DNA of 46,335 bases from positions 1-46,335 of the forward strand of contig JAQXMV010000059.1 in the NCBI GenBank assembly GCA_029013165.1, read 5' to 3'. Positions 8,697 through 17,747 of the stretch are shown here, piece after piece. The translations under genes and the position numbers were made by a program. Numbering within the stretch: position 1 is the stretch's first letter; the number at the start of each line of letters is the position of its first letter. This DNA comes from Oscillospiraceae bacterium. Its GTDB lineage: Bacteria; Bacillota; Clostridia; Oscillospirales; Acutalibacteraceae. The notes under the pieces are model-generated. The model worked only from the letters and a program-made list of their open reading frames with translations, searched no databases and was not told the origin of the DNA.

Positions 8697-8751
8697 TAGG
8701 TAAATGATAAAAATTTGAAAAAAATTCCAAATGTAAGGAAAGAAGTTTAAG

Positions 8752-8790
8752 AACAAAAAAACTCTCCGGTTTTTCACAAAACCAGAGAGT
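8752..8790 (-). terminator. Intrinsic terminator of pgk-tpiA-gpmI
   Basis: Minus-strand stem ACUCUCUGGUUUU / AAAACCGGAGAGU (one G-U pair) followed by a U-run (plus-strand A-run 8752-8760). Confidence 0.65.
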
Positions 8791-8798
8791 ACATCGTT

Positions 8799-10340
8799 TT
8801 ATTCTATGATGCTCGTTCCGTCCATTTCTTCCGGCTGAGGAAGTCCCATAATTTTGAGCATGGTGGGCGCAATGTCGCAGAGCTTACCGCCGCTGCGCAG
8901 TTTACATTCGCGGCCGACAACCACAAAGGGAACGGGGAAAGTGGTGTGGGCGGTGAAAGGCGAGCCGTCCTCATCGTACATCTTGTCGGCATTGCCGTGG
9001 TCGGCGGTGATGAGCATAACACCGTCCATTTCCGCCACAGCTTCGGCTACCTTGCCGACGCAGGTGTCGACAGCCTCTACGGCTGCTTTCGCAGCGTCAA
9101 AGATGCCTGTGTGTCCGACCATGTCGCAGTTGGCGAAATTGAGGATCACAGCGTCGTATTTACCGCTTTTGACAGCGGCAACGACCTTGTCTGTTACCTC
9201 ATAGGCGCTCATTTCCGGCTGGAGGTCATAGGTGGGAACCTTGGGGGAAGCCACGAGGATTCTGTCCTCACCCTCATACTGCTTTTCAACGCCGCCGTTG
9301 AAGAAGAAGGTGACATGAGCATACTTTTCGGTTTCGGCGATTCTGAGCTGGGTTTTGCCCATTTTTGAGATGTATTCGCCGAAAGTATTGACGAGGCTCT
9401 GGGGCTTGAAAGCCACCTGAACATTGGGCATGGTGGCGTCATACTGCGTCATGCAGACATAGTAAAGAGGGAAGAAGCCGTTTCTTCTCTCAAAGCCGCT
9501 GAAATCCGGATCAACAAAGGTTCTTGTGATTTCTCTGGCTCTGTCCGGGCGGAAATTGAAGAAGACAACGCTGTCGTCGGCCTTGACGGTGGCATTTTCT
9601 GCGCAGACCGTAGGAATGACAAATTCATCGGTGAGGTTTTTGCCCTCGGCGTCGATGGTTTCATAGGACTTCTTTACAGCCTCCACGGGACATTCGGCCT
9701 TATTGCCCTCGCCGTAAACCATGGCGGCATAGGCCTTTTCCACTCTTTCCCAGCGGTTGTCTCTGTCCATGGCATAATATCTGCCCATGACCGTTGCAAT
9801 CTTGCCCAGACCAATCTCCTTGAGCTGTGCGGCGGCATGAGCCACATAGTCGGCGCCGGAGGCGGGAGGAACATCGCGGCCGTCGAGGAAGCAGTGAAGA
9901 TAGACTTCTTTGACGCCCATTTTCTTGGCCATTTTCACAATGGCGTATAAGTGACTATTGTGAGAGTGAACGCCGCCGTCGCTGAGCAGACCCATGAGGT
10001 GAAGAGCAGAGTCCTTTTCCAGGCAGTTGTTCATGGCGCCCTTGAGGGCTTCGTTTTCATAAAAATCACCGTCGGCGATGGACTTGGTGATTCTGGTCAG
10101 CTCCTGATAGACGACACGGCCTGCGCCGATATTGGTGTGACCGACTTCGCTGTTACCCATCTGTCCGTCGGGCAGACCGACATCCATACCCGAGGCGCCG
10201 ATATAGGTCATGGGGTTTTCGCTCATGAGCTTGTCGAGGTTCGGGGTGTTGGCGGCTACGATCGCATTGCCGTAGTCAGAGGGGTTTTTACCGAAGCCGT
10301 CCATAATGCAAAGCAAAACTGGTTTTTTCATAGCTTTCAT
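8799..10340 (-). CDS. gpmI: 2,3-bisphosphoglycerate-independent phosphoglycerate mutase
   Basis: 513 aa. PVLLCIMDGFG, NSEVGHTNIGAGR and ITADHGNAD are typical of iPGM. Confidence 0.95.
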   Translation of the reverse strand: MKAMKKPVLLCIMDGFGKNPSDYGNAIVAANTPNLDKLMSENPMTYIGASGMDVGLPDGQMGNSEVGHTNIGAGRVVYQELTRITKSIADGDFYENEALKGAMNNCLEKDSALHLMGLLSDGGVHSHNSHLYAIVKMAKKMGVKEVYLHCFLDGRDVPPASGADYVAHAAAQLKEIGLGKIATVMGRYYAMDRDNRWERVEKAYAAMVYGEGNKAECPVEAVKKSYETIDAEGKNLTDEFVIPTVCAENATVKADDSVVFFNFRPDRAREITRTFVDPDFSGFERRNGFFPLYYVCMTQYDATMPNVQVAFKPQSLVNTFGEYISKMGKTQLRIAETEKYAHVTFFFNGGVEKQYEGEDRILVASPKVPTYDLQPEMSAYEVTDKVVAAVKSGKYDAVILNFANCDMVGHTGIFDAAKAAVEAVDTCVGKVAEAVAEMDGVMLITADHGNADKMYDEDGSPFTAHTTFPVPFVVVGRECKLRSGGKLCDIAPTMLKIMGLPQPEEMDGTSIIE

Positions 10341-10409
10341 CTGATCCTTTCCGGAATCTTTATCGTTTTATTTTCTGAAAAGGGGGTTGCCTAAGCAACC
10401 CCATAGTTA

Positions 10410-11180
10410 TTATTCGGCGCTGGCTGCCTTAACGATGACAGAGAAGTCCTGAGCCTTGAGGGAGGCGCCGCCGATGAGGCCGCCGTCCACATTGACCTTG
10501 GAGACAAGCTCAGCGGCATTCTTGGCATTCATGGAGCCGCCGTACTGAACGGTGACAGCCTGAGCCGCCTCTTCACCGTAGGCTTCTGCGATGGCCTGAC
10601 GGACATAGCCGTTGCCCTCGTCAGCCTGATCGGCAGTGGCGGTGACGCCTGTGCCGATGGCCCATACGGGCTCATAGGCGATGATAACATCTTTGAGCTG
10701 ATCGGCTGTGACATTGGTCAGAGCCATTTTGGTCTGGAACTTCAGCAGGGTCTCGGTGTAGCCGAGCTCTCTCTGCTCCAGGGTTTCGCCCACGCAGATG
10801 ATGGGCTTGAGGCCGGCATTCAGTGCGGCCAGAGAACGCAGGTTAACGGTCTGATCGGTTTCGCCGAAATACTGTCTTCTTTCGCTGTGACCGACTACGA
10901 CATATTCCACGCCGGCTTCCTTGAGCATTTCGGCGGAAATCTCACCGGTGAAAGCGCCGGAGGCCTTGAAGTGTACATTTTCTGCGCCGATTTTGATGTT
11001 GGAACCCTTTGCCGCTTCCACTGCTGCGGCAATATCCACGAAAGGAACGCAGAGAACAACATCGCACTTTGCGTCGGCAACGAGGGGCTTCATCTCGTTG
11101 ATGAGAGCCGTTGCCTGAGAGGGGGTCATGTTCATTTTCCAGTTGCCGGCGATAACTGCCTTGCGAAGAGCCTTATTCAT
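10410..11180 (-). CDS. tpiA: Triose-phosphate isomerase
   Basis: 256 aa. Motifs [25 protein letters not shown] and GGASL are present. Confidence 0.95.
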   Translation of the reverse strand: MNKALRKAVIAGNWKMNMTPSQATALINEMKPLVADAKCDVVLCVPFVDIAAAVEAAKGSNIKIGAENVHFKASGAFTGEISAEMLKEAGVEYVVVGHSERRQYFGETDQTVNLRSLAALNAGLKPIICVGETLEQRELGYTETLLKFQTKMALTNVTADQLKDVIIAYEPVWAIGTGVTATADQADEGNGYVRQAIAEAYGEEAAQAVTVQYGGSMNAKNAAELVSKVNVDGGLIGGASLKAQDFSVIVKAASAE

Positions 11181-11215
11181 TTTAAACTACTCCTTTATAA
11201 TGGTATACTTTTCGA

Positions 11216-12406
11216 TTATTTGTCGTTGAGAGCTGCAACACCGGGAAGCTCTTTGCCCTCGAGGAACTCAAGGGAAGCGCCGCCGCCGGTTGAGATATGG
11301 CTCATCTTGTCGGCAAAGCCCAGCTTCTGAACGGCAGCAGCCGAGTCGCCGCCGCCGACGATGGAAATGGCGCCGCTGTCAGCGATGGCAGTGGCTACAG
11401 CGATGGTGCCGCTTGCGAAGTTTGCCCACTCGGAAACGCCCATGGGTCCGTTCCAGATGACGGTGCCTGCGCCCTTGATGGCGTCGGCAAAGAGCTTTTC
11501 TGTCTTGGGACCGATGTCAAGACCCATCCAGCCGTCGGGGATATCGTCGGAATCAACGGTCTTGAATTCTGTGTCAGCGCTGTATTCAAGACCGACCTTG
11601 TTATCAACGGGGATCAGGAAGTTTACGCCCTTTGCTTTGGCGTCTTCCATCATCTGCTTTGCCATGTCGATCTTGTCGGTTTCGCAGATGGAGGTGCCGA
11701 CGGAGTGTCCGAGGGCGGCAAAGAAGGTATAGGCCATACCGCCGCCGACGATGAGGGTGTCAACCTTGCTGAGGAGATTATTGATGACGCCGATCTTGTC
11801 GCTGACCTTTGCGCCGCCGAGGATGGCTACGAGGGGTCTCTTGGGATTCTCAAGAGCGCCGCCCATATATTCCAGTTCTTTGCGGATCAGGAAGCCGCAG
11901 ACTGCGGGCAGATAATCAGCTACGCCGGTGGTGGAGCTGTGGGCTCTGTGGGCAGAACCGAAAGCGTCGTTTACATAGATTTCGGCAAGGGAAGCAAGAG
12001 CCTTGCTGAATTCGGGATCGTTCTTGGTCTCCTCTGCATGGAAGCGGACATTTTCAAGAAGAAGCACTTCGCCCTCTTTGAGGTCTGCTGCCAGGGACTT
12101 GGCGCTTTCACCGATAACATCCTTTGCCATCTTGACTTCTCTGCCGAGAAGCTCGCCGAGTCTGACGGCAACGGGAGCCAGTGAAAATTCAGGCTTGAAT
12201 TCACCCTTGGGTCTGCCGAGATGAGAGCAGAGAATGAGCTTTGCGCCGTGGTCGAGGAGGTAATTGATCGTGGGAAGAGAGGCGACGATTCTCTTGTCGC
12301 TTGTGATGACGCCGTCTTCCATCTTTACATTGAAGTCGCAGCGGACAAGGACCTTTTTGCCCTTGACATTAATGTCTTCAACGGATTTCTTGTTCAGTAC
12401 ATTCAT
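11216..12406 (-). CDS. pgk: Phosphoglycerate kinase
   Basis: 396 aa. Motifs [26 protein letters not shown] and [14 protein letters not shown] are present. Confidence 0.95.
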   Translation of the reverse strand: MNVLNKKSVEDINVKGKKVLVRCDFNVKMEDGVITSDKRIVASLPTINYLLDHGAKLILCSHLGRPKGEFKPEFSLAPVAVRLGELLGREVKMAKDVIGESAKSLAADLKEGEVLLLENVRFHAEETKNDPEFSKALASLAEIYVNDAFGSAHRAHSSTTGVADYLPAVCGFLIRKELEYMGGALENPKRPLVAILGGAKVSDKIGVINNLLSKVDTLIVGGGMAYTFFAALGHSVGTSICETDKIDMAKQMMEDAKAKGVNFLIPVDNKVGLEYSADTEFKTVDSDDIPDGWMGLDIGPKTEKLFADAIKGAGTVIWNGPMGVSEWANFASGTIAVATAIADSGAISIVGGGDSAAAVQKLGFADKMSHISTGGGASLEFLEGKELPGVAALNDK

Positions 12407-12462
12407 GTTGTTCTTTCCTTTCTGGGATAAGATATTTTTTTGTTTTTTTTACACCAACAGAC

Positions 12463-12491
12463 ATTTTATATGATTACTCGATTTTTTTCAA
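12463..12491 (-). promoter_or_regulatory. Probable pgk promoter
   Basis: On the minus strand: TTGAAA (12491-12486), 17-nt spacer, TAAAAT (12468-12463). Confidence 0.5.
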
Positions 12492-12556
12492 GTGTCTGTT
12501 GATAAAAAATACGCATAGTGCTATACAATATTTTATATAAACCACATAAAATCGCC

Positions 12557-14731
12557 TTATTTTTCCAGCCAGGCTTTCATCAGGTCGGCCATAACGCCGT
12601 TTCCCGACTCCTTTTCCTGTGCCTTTTGCTGCTTTCTCATGTAAGACATGACATCGGCTTTGCCGGCGCCTCTGTCCTCTCTTCTTTTGCTGAAATCGCT
12701 CAGACGCTCCCGGTAGCCGCATTTGCAGACGAAGATTTTTTTCTCACCCTCGCCGCGCAGCTCCAGCTTTTTGTGGCACTCGGGGCAGCGGGCGTTGGTC
12801 ACCTGACTGATGCCCTTGCGATAGCCGCACTCCCGATCCTGGCAGATCAGCATTTTGCCTTTCTTTCCGTTGACCTCGAGGAGGTATTTTCCGCAGAGGG
12901 GACACTTGTCCTTGGTGGCGTTCTCGTGGGTATATTGTGCGTCGGAGGCGATGACCGTGGAAACCAGGTGAGTGGAATAGTCGCGCATTTCGGCGATGAA
13001 TTTTTTCATGTCGGCCTTGCCGCGGCTGATGTTCTGGAGCTGCTGCTCCCATTTGGCCGTCAGTTCGGCGCTTTTGAGGTCGTCGGGTACAATGCGGATG
13101 AGCTGTTTGCCCTTGGCTGTGGGATGAATTTCCTTGCCCACGCGCTCGATGGAGAAATTATCAAAGAGCTTTTCGATAATGTCCGCCCTTGTGGCCGGGG
13201 TGCCGAGACCGCTGGTGGTCTCGATGACGGCCTTGAGGTTTTTGTCGCTGATTTGTTTGGAGGGATTCTCCATGGCGGAAAGCAGGGTGGCCTCGGTGTA
13301 GCGTGCCGGCGGTTTTGTTTTGCCGCAGACAATCTTGGCACCGGAGACGGGCAGCTTCATGCCTTTTTTGATTTCCGGGAGCTGCTGAGAACGGTTCTCG
13401 CCCTCGTCCTCCTCGTCCTCGTCGGCGGCGGAATAAAAGGCTTTCCAGCCGGGAGAGGTGACGGATTTTCCCTTGGCGGTGAAGCTCAGTCCCTCGCACT
13501 CCAGACGCAGCTTGACCTCGTCATATTGAAAGTCGGGGGAGAGAACGGCCATAAAGCGCCGCACAACCAGATCGTAGATGTTTCGCTCGTCATAGCTCAG
13601 ACGGGAAAAATCCGGCGACTGCTCCGTGGGAATGATGGCGTGATGGTCGGTGACCTTAGCATTATTGACAATATGCTTGGTAAGTATCGGATTTTTAGCA
13701 AGATTCATGGCGGCTTTCTGATAGGGCCCCACCGCCATGGCCCGCAGACGCTCGGGAATCGTGGCGACGATATCGTCGGTGATATAGCGGGAATCGGTTC
13801 TCGGATAGGTGAGCACCTTGTGGTATTCATAGAGACTCTGCATCAGGGAAAGGGTCTGCTTGGCAGAATAACCGTATTTTTTGTTGGCGTCTCTCTGCAG
13901 CTCCGTCAGATCATAGGCGGCAGGCGGCGCTGTCTTCTTTGAGGTGCGCTCCGCCTCGGCCACGGTGGCCGTTTTTCCTTTGATTTTTTCCGCCGCCTTT
14001 TCGACAAAGGCTTTGTCGGAAAAACGGGTGTTGTTTTTGCTGTCACGGAAAGTGGCGGTGAAATCTCTGAAAAGGGCCTGCAGGGTGTAATAATCCTTGG
14101 GCTGAAAGGCGAGAATTTCTTCTTCGCGCTGAACAATGAGAGCCAGAGTCGGGGTCTGCACCCGGCCGGCAGAAAGCTGCGCGTTATATTTGCAGGTCAG
14201 GGCTCTGGTGACATTGAGTCCCACCAGCCAGTCTGCCTCGGCTCTCGCCTGAGCAGAGTAATAGAGATTGTCATATTCTTTGGCGTCCTTGAGATGGGCG
14301 AAGCCCTCCTTGATCGCCCTGTCAGTCTGTGAGGATATCCACAGACGGTAGGCGGGACCTTTCCAGTGGGCTTTCATCATGATCCAGCGCGCCACCAGTT
14401 CGCCCTCACGGCCGGCGTCGGTGGCGATGACCAGCGCCGAGACATCGGGACGCTTCATCAGTGCCGAGACGGCACGGTATTGCTTCGAGGTCTGCTTGAT
14501 CACCGTCAGTTTCATTTTTTCCGGCAGCATCGGCAGATCCTCTAACTGCCAGCGTTTGTATTTTTCGTCATAGGCTTCGGGATCGGCGAGGGTCACCAGA
14601 TGGCCGAGAGCCCAGGTGACGATGTATTTTTCTCCGATGAGACAGCCGTCGCCCTTTTGCCGGCAGCCCAGAACCCGGGCAATGTCCCGCGCAACAGAGG
14701 GCTTTTCGGCCAAAACAAGAGTTTTAGTCAT
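12557..14731 (-). CDS. topB: DNA topoisomerase III (type IA) with C-terminal zinc ribbons
   Basis: The Toprim start is MTKTLVLAEKPSVARDIARVLG...IVTWALGHLV. YPRTDSRYI contains the catalytic Tyr. The C-terminus carries CPLCG...CQDREC and CPECH...CKCG motifs. Confidence 0.9.
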   Translation of the reverse strand: MTKTLVLAEKPSVARDIARVLGCRQKGDGCLIGEKYIVTWALGHLVTLADPEAYDEKYKRWQLEDLPMLPEKMKLTVIKQTSKQYRAVSALMKRPDVSALVIATDAGREGELVARWIMMKAHWKGPAYRLWISSQTDRAIKEGFAHLKDAKEYDNLYYSAQARAEADWLVGLNVTRALTCKYNAQLSAGRVQTPTLALIVQREEEILAFQPKDYYTLQALFRDFTATFRDSKNNTRFSDKAFVEKAAEKIKGKTATVAEAERTSKKTAPPAAYDLTELQRDANKKYGYSAKQTLSLMQSLYEYHKVLTYPRTDSRYITDDIVATIPERLRAMAVGPYQKAAMNLAKNPILTKHIVNNAKVTDHHAIIPTEQSPDFSRLSYDERNIYDLVVRRFMAVLSPDFQYDEVKLRLECEGLSFTAKGKSVTSPGWKAFYSAADEDEEDEGENRSQQLPEIKKGMKLPVSGAKIVCGKTKPPARYTEATLLSAMENPSKQISDKNLKAVIETTSGLGTPATRADIIEKLFDNFSIERVGKEIHPTAKGKQLIRIVPDDLKSAELTAKWEQQLQNISRGKADMKKFIAEMRDYSTHLVSTVIASDAQYTHENATKDKCPLCGKYLLEVNGKKGKMLICQDRECGYRKGISQVTNARCPECHKKLELRGEGEKKIFVCKCGYRERLSDFSKRREDRGAGKADVMSYMRKQQKAQEKESGNGVMADLMKAWLEK

Positions 14732-14743
14732 TTTTGTTTCTCC

Positions 14744-16012
14744 TTATTTGATGACGGAAAGACAGAAATTTTCGGTGTCGAAGCTCTCTGCCACAGTTTT
14801 TTCCACTTCCTGTTTGGTCACGGATTGATAAAGCTCAATGTTGTCGAATAAGCCGCGGCCGCCGAAATAGGCGTCCACTAAGTTGCCGGCCAGATCGTCC
14901 ACATCGTTGAAAGAGAAGATCTCACCGCCGTAAAGCCGTCTGAGGGAGACGGAAAAATCCTCGTCGGAAATGCCTTCCGTTTTTATTCGGCGGATCTCCC
15001 CGATGATTTCCTCGGCTGCCTTTTTCGGTTCACGGCTTTCGCCGGTGAAAATCGGGCAGGCGAAGCCGCGGCCCGAGAAATACTCCTTGCCGAAAGAGGA
15101 ATTGATCAGTCCCTCCTCGAGCAAACGGCAGTAAAGGGGAGAAACCTTGCCGGCGATGCAGTCCAGCGCTAGATTCATCAGCAGTGTTTCCTTTGCCGTT
15201 CTCACCGGCTCGCGGTGGTTCTCTTTGAAGCCCAGGGCGAATTTCGGGATATCCACGCCGAGGGTTTCTTCGATATAATCACAAGCAACCTTTTCAGGCT
15301 CCTCGGGTATAATCTGCTCAAACTCAACCTTGTCTTCTTTCTTCAGCACCTTGTCTGCAATGGCAAGAACCTCTTCCTTTTTCACATTGCCGGCAACGGC
15401 AAGGACCATATTGCTCAGATTATAAAAGGTGTTGTAGCAGCTGTAAAGCAGCTCCGCGTTGATCTGCGCAATGGAATCGGTGGTGCCGGCTATATCAATT
15501 CTGACCGGATTCTTGCTGTATATTCCTCGAAGCAGGTTAAAGAGTACCTGCCAGTCGGGATCGTCCTGATACATCCGGATTTCCTGACCGATGATTCCCT
15601 GCTCCTTTTGCACCGTGGCCTCGGTGAAATAGGGAGACTTGACGAAGTCGAGGAGAATTTCGAGATTCTCCTCAAAGGAGCTGCTGCACTGAAAAATATA
15701 GCAGGTGCGATCAAAGCTTGTAAAGGCGTTGGCGTTGGCACCGGTTTTTCCGAAACGCTCAAAGGCGTCAAGCTCCTCGCTTTCAAAGAGCTTGTGCTCC
15801 AGAAAGTGAGCGATGCCCTCGGGGACCGTGGTGAATTTCTCCTGACCTTTCAGGCGAAAACAGGTGTCAACGGAGCCGTACCGGGTGCCGAACATGGCAA
15901 AAGCGCCGGTGTAATCCTTCTTTTCCATGACGAATATCTTCAGTCCGCTGCTGTGGTCGATCTCGTAGTATTCTTCGCCCAACAGCTCATTTTTGATCAG
16001 TTTTTCAGCCAT
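14744..16012 (-). CDS. M16-family (insulinase/pitrilysin) zinc peptidase, active-type subunit
   Basis: The inverted zinc motif HxxEH is present (GIAHFLEHKLFE). 422 aa. Its start abuts the stop of the upstream M16 gene. Confidence 0.85.
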   Translation of the reverse strand: MAEKLIKNELLGEEYYEIDHSSGLKIFVMEKKDYTGAFAMFGTRYGSVDTCFRLKGQEKFTTVPEGIAHFLEHKLFESEELDAFERFGKTGANANAFTSFDRTCYIFQCSSSFEENLEILLDFVKSPYFTEATVQKEQGIIGQEIRMYQDDPDWQVLFNLLRGIYSKNPVRIDIAGTTDSIAQINAELLYSCYNTFYNLSNMVLAVAGNVKKEEVLAIADKVLKKEDKVEFEQIIPEEPEKVACDYIEETLGVDIPKFALGFKENHREPVRTAKETLLMNLALDCIAGKVSPLYCRLLEEGLINSSFGKEYFSGRGFACPIFTGESREPKKAAEEIIGEIRRIKTEGISDEDFSVSLRRLYGGEIFSFNDVDDLAGNLVDAYFGGRGLFDNIELYQSVTKQEVEKTVAESFDTENFCLSVIK

Positions 16013-17287
16013 TTATTTTTCCTCCTTCTCACTCTCAAGAATGAAAACCGTGTCCTCACAGACCATGTTGGCCGCAACGATGATTTCTTCGCGGCTGACG
16101 GCGTTGATCATGTCGGAAGACTCCTGCGGTGTGTAGAACTCTCCCGAGACGCACTGATCAAGGAACCAGCCGTCGATGCTCATGACGCTGTCATAAACAC
16201 TGCGGTAGCTGTCGGCAAGACTGAGCTTGGCCTGAAGGATCACCTCGTCGCTGAAGTTTCCGGCGCGCATATCCTCCATTTCACGGCGTATGGCTTCCAG
16301 CGCTTTTTGGGTGTTTTCCGTTTCCACGCCGCTCTGGACGATGATGATGCCTTTGGAATAGATCAGTGACGCCGAGCAGTAATAGCAAAGGCTCATTTTT
16401 TCACGGACATTGACGAAGAGTTTGGAAAAGGTTCCCGAGCCGAAAATTTCCGTCATGAGCTTGATGGCGGCATAGTTGTCCCGGTCATAGGTCATGCCGG
16501 CACGGTAGCCGAGGACCAACTTGCCTTGATTGACCTTTTGCGTTTCGGTCACGGTTTTGTTGCCGTTGCTTTCCGTCAGGAATTCGGTGCGGATCTCGGC
16601 GATGTCCTCTTTCTTTCTCTCCAGACGGTCGAAATAAGGCCGGATGATCTCCTCGGCTTTCTTTTCGTCGAAGTTTCCCGTGAGACTGATCTGAATCGGG
16701 CAGGTCATCAGCAGCTTTTTCCATTCGGCGAAAATCTCTTCGGAACGAAACGCCATGATCTCCTCCTTTTCGCCGAGGGGAGAAATCGAATAAGCCTCGT
16801 CGCAGCACATTTCTTCCATGAGGCGTTTGCGTGCATAGGTGATCTTATTGTCGTTTTGCCGGTCGATCAGGTCGCAGAGCTGTCTCTTTTCCCGGCTCAA
16901 GTTTTCCTCTTTGAAGCCTTTTTCAGTGATATCCGGGCGGAAAAGACAGGCGAGCAGGAGCTCCAACCCGTGAGTGAATACATCCTCACCCTCGAGAGCG
17001 AAGCGATTGTCAACAGCAATCAGGCTCAGGGAAAGTACCTGAGCTTCTCCGTTTTTTTCGATTCTCGGTGTCAGCCGCGCACCGTAAAGTCCGGCGAGTT
17101 TGCGGTTCATCTCTGCCATCGTGGGCAGATCCTTGTTGGTTCGTGCCAGCAGATGAATCAGCAGGGCTCTTTTGGAAACCGAGCTGTCCAGCGGCGCCAT
17201 GAGACTGAGGGTGATGACAGAAGTTTTGAACTGTTCGGTTCTATGCGTGCAGAGGGTCAGACCCCGTCCGATCGTTTTTCTTTCCAT
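16013..17287 (-). CDS. M16-family peptidase-like protein lacking HxxEH (probable non-catalytic partner)
   Basis: GGAGG RBS lies before the ATG at 17287 (MERKTIGRGL...). The equivalent region reads LLIHLLARTNKD, with no HxxEH. The track start at 17383 would run through the predicted promoter. Confidence 0.8.
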   Translation of the reverse strand: MERKTIGRGLTLCTHRTEQFKTSVITLSLMAPLDSSVSKRALLIHLLARTNKDLPTMAEMNRKLAGLYGARLTPRIEKNGEAQVLSLSLIAVDNRFALEGEDVFTHGLELLLACLFRPDITEKGFKEENLSREKRQLCDLIDRQNDNKITYARKRLMEEMCCDEAYSISPLGEKEEIMAFRSEEIFAEWKKLLMTCPIQISLTGNFDEKKAEEIIRPYFDRLERKKEDIAEIRTEFLTESNGNKTVTETQKVNQGKLVLGYRAGMTYDRDNYAAIKLMTEIFGSGTFSKLFVNVREKMSLCYYCSASLIYSKGIIIVQSGVETENTQKALEAIRREMEDMRAGNFSDEVILQAKLSLADSYRSVYDSVMSIDGWFLDQCVSGEFYTPQESSDMINAVSREEIIVAANMVCEDTVFILESEKEEK

Positions 17288-17326
17288 TTTTATCCTCCGT
17301 TTGTTCGTAGTTGCCTTTTGTTTTTC

Positions 17327-17356
17327 ATTATACCACAACCTGTCATCAATATGCAA
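17327..17356 (-). promoter_or_regulatory. Probable promoter of the M16-M16-topB transcription unit
   Basis: On the minus strand: TTGCAT (17356-17351), 18-nt spacer ending in TGg, TATAAT (17332-17327). Confidence 0.5.
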
Positions 17357-17650
17357 ATTTTTCCTTTGGTCGGTTTTTCGCAACGACTTAAATTAGATTT
17401 TAGGTCGCCGTCTTATATTACCCATGTTGAGAGCCTTTCAGCGGATTTGTATATTGTGTATAGTTTACGGTGCTGAATAGTTGAAATTAAGAAAATAAGA
17501 CGAATTTTCCTCGACATATGGTTAAAATCCACAATGTTAAATTGACCTAATTTTTGTCAAAAAAATGGGCAATATGTGCTGAAAATGACAAAAATGAGAG
17601 GTTAAAAAATAAATTTTTGAAAAATTATATAAAAAATTCCCTCGTTTATA

Positions 17651-17679
17651 TTGCAAAATGCCGATAAATTGTGTAAAAT
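17651..17679 (+). promoter_or_regulatory. Probable promoter of the PucR/CdaR-like regulator gene
   Basis: TTGCAA (17651-17656), 17-nt spacer ending in TGtg, TAAAAT (17674-17679). Confidence 0.5.
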
Positions 17680-17747
17680 GGTTAAAGTGACGATGGTCAA
17701 AATATCCAAATTGCTCAAGATTATTTGAATTGGAGGGACATTACAAT

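Noticed and set aside
12518-13942. 474-aa ORF on the plus strand, antisense to topB. Similar long antisense ORFs occur at 1397-2329, 7499-8452, 15215-16369, 16526-17476, 25133-26269, 33118-34152, 33861-34820, 37202-38161, 38646-39785 and 41127-42947.
   Set aside because: Each lies fully inside a confidently identified gene on the other strand. Their translations are low-complexity (rich in G, A, R, L, V) with no motifs. They are the expected shadow ORFs of GC3-biased coding sequence.
17357-17747. AT-rich region considered as a replication origin (near-DnaA box AAATCCACA at 17525-17533).
   Set aside because: It has a single imperfect box, no cluster of TTATCCACA sites, no dnaA or dnaN nearby, and no strand-bias switch consistent with an origin.
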